Assembly (NCBI GenBank): GCA_046758445.1
Contig: JBHIAE010000078.1
Location: 1 to 10,481, forward strand
DNA from: Candidatus Thorarchaeota archaeon
GTDB taxonomy: Archaea > Asgardarchaeota > Thorarchaeia > Thorarchaeales > Thorarchaeaceae
Length of the DNA stretch: 10,481 nt
Direction: 5' to 3'
Part shown: positions 6,211 to 10,481 of the stretch, piece by piece
How positions within the stretch are numbered: the first letter of the stretch is position 1
Layout of the letters: each line of letters opens with the position of its first letter
Position numbers and translations under genes: made by a program
The notes under the pieces: generated by a model
Seen by the model: only the letters and a program-made list of their open reading frames with translations
Told to the model about the DNA's origin: nothing
Database searches by the model: none

Positions 6211-6549
6211 TCACTCTTCAGGACTTGATTCTGCGACCTCTTCCTCGTCAAAGTCGAAATCTTCTAGAGGTTCAGGTGCTGGAGTTGTGAGCATCGTCCA
6301 ACCAATCCATTGCGCAATCACCATAATCAAGACTGCCGCTGCCCAGACTGGTAGAATCAAGAGGAACATTGGATCGGGGTTAAGGATGTCATGCAGAAGA
6401 GTTCCGGCTCCGAACGTATCAGTGACCCACTGCTGCAATCCCGGTCCAGTGAGTCCATTTTGGAGCAGAACCAGTGCCCACGTGTAGTATATGAGCACCA
6501 AGAACGCGAAGATGAATATCAGTGCACCAAGTATCTTTTCTCTGCCCAT
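6211..6549 (-). CDS. Small two-TM membrane protein with acidic tail, DPM2-like (dolichol-phosphate-mannose synthase regulatory subunit-like), 112 aa
   Basis: Two TM helices (KILGALIFIFAFLVLIYYTWALVLL; MFLLILPVWAAAVLIMVIAQWIGWTML) with YYTW and LP motifs placed as I recall them in eukaryotic DPM2. ATG 6549 lies 8 nt after GAGGT, with TATA-like TTTTATGA at 6612-6605. The CDS is well supported; the DPM2 call is tentative. Confidence 0.7.
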   Translation of the reverse strand: MGREKILGALIFIFAFLVLIYYTWALVLLQNGLTGPGLQQWVTDTFGAGTLLHDILNPDPMFLLILPVWAAAVLIMVIAQWIGWTMLTTPAPEPLEDFDFDEEEVAESSPEE

Positions 6550-6653
6550 CGACAACTACCTCAATTGGCGTTTAATGGAACTAAGACGTTTACCGCAGCA
6601 CGTATCATAAAAGGATTGCGCAGGAACAAGAATTGCTCTAGAGTGCAGTTGAG

Positions 6654-6827
6654 AAAAAACAAGGTTGAACAGTGCTCCGAGTTCTGTTGCCCGGAGGATG
6701 TCATTGGAGTATCAGTCCAAAGTATGCCGCACTGCGACACACCGTCCAGTGGTCTTCGTGTCATTGGATTCATAGTGCTCGAGGTCTGAATGAAGAACAT
6801 TCAGTGCCATTTCAGAACACTGCTCAA
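6654..6827 (-). ncRNA. Candidate stand-alone ncRNA, ~165-175 nt
   Basis: 16-bp terminal stem UUGAGCAGUGUUCUGA (6827-6812)/UCGGAGCACUGUUCAA (6680-6665) with 3 G-U pairs and no mismatches. Internal hairpins are present. TTATTA lies at 6854-6849, and a U6 tract follows at 6659-6654. Confidence 0.68.
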
Positions 6828-6891
6828 TACAATAGCTAATCGTCTCAGTAATAAGGCATACGATAGAGGAACTGCGAGTTCAGTCCACTGA

Positions 6892-7719
6892 CTATGGGGT
6901 TCTACTTGGATCCCAACTCGAACGGAAGTTCTCGTGGAGTCCATTCAGACTCTCCATATCCTCCTTCGAGATTGAGAAGTCGAATACTTCTGCATTCTCT
7001 CGAATTCTTGCGAGATTACTCGATTTTGGAATCACCACCAAGTTGTGCTGCAGTGACCAACGAATCAGTATCTGAGCCACAGTCTTCTGGTACTTCTCTC
7101 CCATCGCAATTAGCCTCTGATCACTCAACTTCCGCCCTTTTGTCAAGGGACTGTAAGCTTCGAGCTGGATGTCTCTGGAGTTACAGAAGTCTAGGAGTTC
7201 CTTCTGGTAGAGGAATGGATGAAACTCCACTTGGTTGATGGTTGGAGTCACGGTGCCATTGTCCAGCAGTTCCTGAAGGTGCCATTGCATGTAGTTGCTA
7301 ACACCGATTGCACGACATCTTCCCTTGTCAAGTAAGTTCTCTAGCGCTCTCCATGATTCCAGACGCAATCTCTGCACAGGGAAATGAATCAGATACAGGT
7401 CAACATAGTCAAGCCCGAGTCGGTCAAGACTCGCATCAAAAGCGGCAAGAGTGGAGTCATATCCGTGATCATCGTTCCAGAGCTTTGTTGTTACGAAGAC
7501 CTCTTCACGGTCGATTCCACTCTCTGTTATTGCTGCTCCAATGGTCTTCTCGTTTCTATAGAAGGCAGCTGTATCAAAGTGCCGATATCCAACTGCCAAG
7601 GCCTCAAGAATAGCTCTCTTTGTTCGTTCTCCCTCGGACGATAGATAAGTTCCCAGCCCAAGCACTGGAATCTTGACACCATTGTTCAAGGTCAACTTAG
7701 TATCTTGAGTCAATCCCAT
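6892..7719 (-). CDS. Aldo/keto reductase (2,5-diketo-D-gluconate/glyoxal reductase-like, AKR5-type)
   Basis: Motifs LNNGVKIPVLGLGTY, GYRHFDTAAFY (Asp, Tyr), VTTKLW (Lys), DLYLIHFP (His), AIGVSNY, NQVEFHP, AYSPL and IPKS. Confidence 0.96.
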   Translation of the reverse strand: MGLTQDTKLTLNNGVKIPVLGLGTYLSSEGERTKRAILEALAVGYRHFDTAAFYRNEKTIGAAITESGIDREEVFVTTKLWNDDHGYDSTLAAFDASLDRLGLDYVDLYLIHFPVQRLRLESWRALENLLDKGRCRAIGVSNYMQWHLQELLDNGTVTPTINQVEFHPFLYQKELLDFCNSRDIQLEAYSPLTKGRKLSDQRLIAMGEKYQKTVAQILIRWSLQHNLVVIPKSSNLARIRENAEVFDFSISKEDMESLNGLHENFRSSWDPSRTP

Positions 7720-7828
7720 AAGGTTCAGACTCCATCAATTTGAATAACAAACAATCTGTGTTCCACACTTGTGTCCGGAACTCAAAGGTCAATCGGTTGC
7801 GGCTGCCCTCTTCTTCCTGCTACATATT

Positions 7829-7838
7829 GCTTATAATG
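7829..7838 (+). promoter_or_regulatory. Putative TATA box of the etfBA operon
   Basis: TTATAA at 7831-7836 and SD-like GGAGTGTGA at 7879-7887. Confidence 0.5.
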
Positions 7839-7892
7839 GGCCAATGTCCCGTGCGGACCTATCACGTAATCGACATTCGGAGTGTGACGCTA

Positions 7893-8681
7893 ATGAAGAT
7901 CATTGTACCAGTGAAGCAAGTGCCTGAAGTGGCTGAAGTAAAAGTCAATGAGGAAACTGGAACGTTGATTCGTGAAGGTGTGCCCAGCATCCTGAACCCG
8001 TTCGATGAGTTTGCGGTCGAGGAGGCCATAAAGCTCAAGGAGGAGTATGGCGGCGAGGTCACTGTCATCACAATGGGTCCACCACAGGCCAAGGAAGCTC
8101 TGTGGAAAGCCCTGGCAATGGGGGCTGACAAAGCAGTCCACATGACAGATCGTGTTTTCGCAGGGGCTGACACATGGGCCACAGCATATACTCTTGCCCA
8201 GCAGATCAAGAAGATGGAGTTTGACTTGGTCATTTGTGGAAAGCAAGCAATCGATGGAGACACGGCACAGGTGGGTCCTGAGCTGGCTGAGTTGCTGAGT
8301 CTTCCTCAGATATGTTATGTACGTCATCTCGAGATTGCTGAGGGCGGGAAGCATGTCATAGCGCATAGGGAAACGGATGATGGCTATGACGTTGTTAGAG
8401 CCAGAATGCCTGTTCTACTCACAGCCACAAAAGGTCTCAATGAACCAAGACTCCCCAACATCATGGGAATCATGAAGGCCAAACAGAAGCCCTTGGAGGT
8501 TGTCGATGCAGCAACTCTTGGAGCCCCTGAGGATGAGCTCGGTCTAAAAGGGTCGCCCACAACGGTTCGGAAGGTGTTCCCGCCTATGAAGCGTGCTGGC
8601 GGAACGAAGCTTGAAGATGTAGACGCTAAGACTGCAGCCAAGCAGCTCGTCGAGTTCTTGGCAAAGAAGGGGGCGATCTAG
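7893..8681 (+). CDS. etfB: Electron transfer flavoprotein beta subunit (EtfB/FixA)
   Basis: Motifs MKIIVPVKQVP, NPFDEFAVEEA, GADTWAT, CGKQAIDGDTAQVGP, NEPR and GLKGSPT. Start corrected from 7740 to ATG 7893. Confidence 0.97.
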   Translation: MKIIVPVKQVPEVAEVKVNEETGTLIREGVPSILNPFDEFAVEEAIKLKEEYGGEVTVITMGPPQAKEALWKALAMGADKAVHMTDRVFAGADTWATAYTLAQQIKKMEFDLVICGKQAIDGDTAQVGPELAELLSLPQICYVRHLEIAEGGKHVIAHRETDDGYDVVRARMPVLLTATKGLNEPRLPNIMGIMKAKQKPLEVVDAATLGAPEDELGLKGSPTTVRKVFPPMKRAGGTKLEDVDAKTAAKQLVEFLAKKGAI

Positions 8682-8683
8682 AT

Positions 8684-9883
8684 ATGGGTCTAATCTATGA
8701 TAGAGATACGTGCACAGGCTGTATGCTATGTCCGAAGGTCTGCAACTTCGGGGCTATCGAAGAGGATGGTGACAAGGTAAAGTTCGACCTTGACCTATGT
8801 GTGCTCTGTGGCTCGTGCGAAGAGGTGTGCCCGGTTGATGCCATCGTTATTGAGCGTAAGGCTGTTGACAAGGTCAAGATAGCAGAGTACAGGGACGTCT
8901 GGGTGTTCTGCGAAACGAACGAGGGACGCCTACGCAGTGTTGCCTATGAGCTTGTGACAAAGGGACGCGAGCTTGCCGACAAGCTGGGCGAAGACGTTGT
9001 GGCAGTCTTAATCGGTCATGGAGTCGAGAGTCTAGCTGAATCACTGATCCATCAGGGTGCTGACAAGGTCCTTCTGGTTGACGACAAGATCTTCGGGCAC
9101 TACACTACTGATGCTTTTACAATTGCTCTGACTACGCTCATAGCTCCGAGAAAGCCCGCGATAGTCCTGTATGGGGCAACAAGCAACGGCCGCGACTTAG
9201 CACCGCGTGTTGCAGCAAGGATGGCACTAGGCCTGACTGCAGACTGCACCGGACTTGACATTGATGACGAACGGCAACTGGTACAGACACGTCCTGCGTT
9301 TGGTGGAAACATCATGGCCGAGATTCTGTGTCCCTACACAAGACCCCAGATGGCCACTGTCAGACCTAATGTGTTCAAGCCTTGTGAGCGCGACAGCTCT
9401 CGTAGTGGTGAGATTGAGAAGGTTGAGATAAAGATCGGCGCGAACCAGGTGAGGACGCGAGTCACTGATAGTGTGAGAGAGGTCGTTGAGGGCATGAAGT
9501 CAGTCGAAGAGGCTGATGTTGTGGTCTGCAGCGGACGAGGTATCAAGGACCCCTCCAATCTTGACCTGCCCAAACAGCTTGCTGACTTACTTGATGCAGC
9601 AGTTGGAGGCTCCCGACCCATAGTGGACCTGGGCTGGCTTCCACCGTCTCAACAGGTCGGCCAGTCTGGCCGGACAATCTCGCCGAAGCTATACTTTGCA
9701 CTGGGAATCTCTGGAGCGATTCAACATTTGGCTGGAATGTCTAGCTCCGACATTGTGGTTGCTGTGAACAAGGACCCTGATGCCCCAATCTTTGAGATTG
9801 CTGACTTTGGCATAGTTGGTGACCTATTCGAGGTCGTGCCAGCGATAATCGAGGAAGTCAAGAGAGTTCAAGCTGAGAGATAG
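8684..9883 (+). CDS. etfA: Electron transfer flavoprotein alpha subunit (EtfA/FixB) with N-terminal 2x[4Fe-4S] ferredoxin domain
   Basis: CTGCMLCPKVC and CVLCGSCEEVCP, then GRDLAPR, GLTADCT, TRPAFGG, QVGQSG, GISGAIQH and NKDPDAPIF. Confidence 0.97.
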   Translation: MGLIYDRDTCTGCMLCPKVCNFGAIEEDGDKVKFDLDLCVLCGSCEEVCPVDAIVIERKAVDKVKIAEYRDVWVFCETNEGRLRSVAYELVTKGRELADKLGEDVVAVLIGHGVESLAESLIHQGADKVLLVDDKIFGHYTTDAFTIALTTLIAPRKPAIVLYGATSNGRDLAPRVAARMALGLTADCTGLDIDDERQLVQTRPAFGGNIMAEILCPYTRPQMATVRPNVFKPCERDSSRSGEIEKVEIKIGANQVRTRVTDSVREVVEGMKSVEEADVVVCSGRGIKDPSNLDLPKQLADLLDAAVGGSRPIVDLGWLPPSQQVGQSGRTISPKLYFALGISGAIQHLAGMSSSDIVVAVNKDPDAPIFEIADFGIVGDLFEVVPAIIEEVKRVQAER

Positions 9884-9901
9884 GTACAACGGTGCTCTCC
9901 A

Positions 9902-9921
9902 GCAAGAGAAACTGCTCTTGC
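9902..9921. terminator. Hairpin between convergent etfA and Lrp/AsnC genes
   Basis: GCAAGAG-AAACTG-CTCTTGC, a perfect 7-bp stem. Confidence 0.45.
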
Positions 9922-9947
9922 ACAAGACCATTGAAATGGGAACTCTC

Positions 9948-10172
9948 TCAAATGGCGATCCAGGTCTCAGTACTGACGACCCCTTCTATACTGTGGATCA
10001 TCTCCAGCAAGCGTTTCAAGTCGTCAGTTGAGGGAAGACTAACGAGGGCCACTAGATCATATGGACCGGTGATCACATGAACATCTATAACTCCCTCGAT
10101 ATTCTCGATGTCACTTCGTACGTTCCACATCGTTCCTGCCTTTGCACGAATCAGAACATACGTTCTCTTCAT
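9948..10172 (-). CDS. Stand-alone Lrp/AsnC ligand-binding (RAM) domain protein, 74 aa
   Basis: MKRTYVLIRAKAG...IEGVIDVHVITGPYDLVA...IHSIEGVVSTETWIAI. Carries the TGxYD motif and has no HTH. Start corrected from 10394 to ATG 10172 (GGAGA upstream). Confidence 0.92.
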   Translation of the reverse strand: MKRTYVLIRAKAGTMWNVRSDIENIEGVIDVHVITGPYDLVALVSLPSTDDLKRLLEMIHSIEGVVSTETWIAI

Positions 10173-10318
10173 CTGTGGTTTCTCCGTCAAGCATGCTTGG
10201 TGCACTGAATAGTAGTCCCGGGTGAGGATAAATGCTTCATCCAAGAGCCCCAGTCCATGAAACATGCAAGCCAGGAGGTAGGTCGAGTTTTCGGAATGCT
10301 GAATAAGGTTTCCTGCGC

Positions 10319-10481
10319 ATGGATGTAGTCGGCGTGGGCAGAGTGTCAAGTTCAAGACAATCCGAAGTGCAATTCGGGTCAGAAACGATTCCACGATTAT
10401 TGTGTGGAACTAGTCCCTTCATGGGAGCCGGGCAGTTTGGGCGAGCTGGACAGGAATGGTATAGGCAATTCTTCAATTATC
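10319..10481 (+). CDS. 5' part of a conserved archaeal hypothetical protein (possibly aldo/keto-reductase-like TIM barrel), truncated by the window edge
   Basis: Open frame to the window end: MDVVGVGRVSSSRQSEVQFGSETIPRLLCGTSPFMGAGQFGRAGQEWYRQFFNY. IPRLxxGTxPFxG resembles an AKR-like N-terminus. The true start may be GTG 10343. Not in the ORF track. Confidence 0.7.
   Translation, partial: MDVVGVGRVSSSRQSEVQFGSETIPRLLCGTSPFMGAGQFGRAGQEWYRQFFNY

Noticed and set aside
6157-6213. Selenocysteine read-through of the DPM2-like TGA with a 3'-UTR SECIS
   Set aside because: The duplicate copy has TAG at the same position, so this is a true stop. No AUGA/GA core with a proper helix II and apical AA loop is visible.
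4805-6303. Diversity-generating retroelement TR/VR pair
   Set aside because: Mismatches are mostly third-position synonymous and involve all four bases in either copy, so they are not adenine-specific. No reverse transcriptase is present.
5178-6800. ORFs 5178-5453, 5297-5734, 5785-6036, 5892-6146, 6287-6487, 6391-6789 and 6561-6800
   Set aside because: Alternative-frame or antisense shadows of better-supported genes, or ORFs overlapping the structured non-coding regions. No protein-like motifs.
6665-6827. RNase P, SRP or 5S RNA identity for the candidate ncRNA
   Set aside because: ACAGAACUCGG resembles RNase P CR-V, but CR-I (GAGGAAAGUCC) and P4 pairing are missing. There is no SRP helix-8 motif, no 5S consensus, and the length is wrong.
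6894-10476. Remaining short ORFs overlapping akr, etfB, etfA, the Lrp/AsnC gene and 10237-10476, plus the N-terminal extensions of etfB (7740) and Lrp (10394)
   Set aside because: Antisense or off-frame to confidently identified genes. The extensions lie upstream of the family N-termini and span promoter regions.
1-10481. CRISPR array, tRNA, rRNA, integrase or transposase
   Set aside because: No regularly spaced repeats, tRNA T-loop/acceptor consensus, rRNA motifs or recombinase catalytic motifs were found by eye.

Overview
Archaeal chromosomal window. It is probably Asgard/Thorarchaeia-like; this is inferred from the uS19 C-terminus HGSPGIGATKSS, GGTGA/GAGGT Shine-Dalgarno motifs and TATA-like boxes, and is not proven. 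The housekeeping backbone is: partial rps19 (missed by the ORF track), a TPR protein, a phosphohexomutase, a membrane protein, an acyltransferase-3, an aldo/keto reductase, etfB, ferredoxin-fused etfA, a stand-alone Lrp/AsnC RAM-domain protein, and the start of another gene at the right edge. The interesting part is about 4740-6860. (i) A small two-TM protein resembles eukaryotic DPM2. (ii) Its last 30 codons occur a second time 1.3 kb downstream, largely recoded synonymously. The two copies bracket an integrase-less islet that holds a Cys4 orphan protein, a 55-aa ORF and folded sequence at both ends. (iii) The islet contains a nested 3-way plus 4-way junction structure. (iv) Upstream of the DPM2-like gene lies a separate candidate ncRNA of about 165 nt, with its own TATA-like box, a 16-bp closing stem and a U-tract. 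All structures were folded by eye, and family calls come from motif recognition without database searches.
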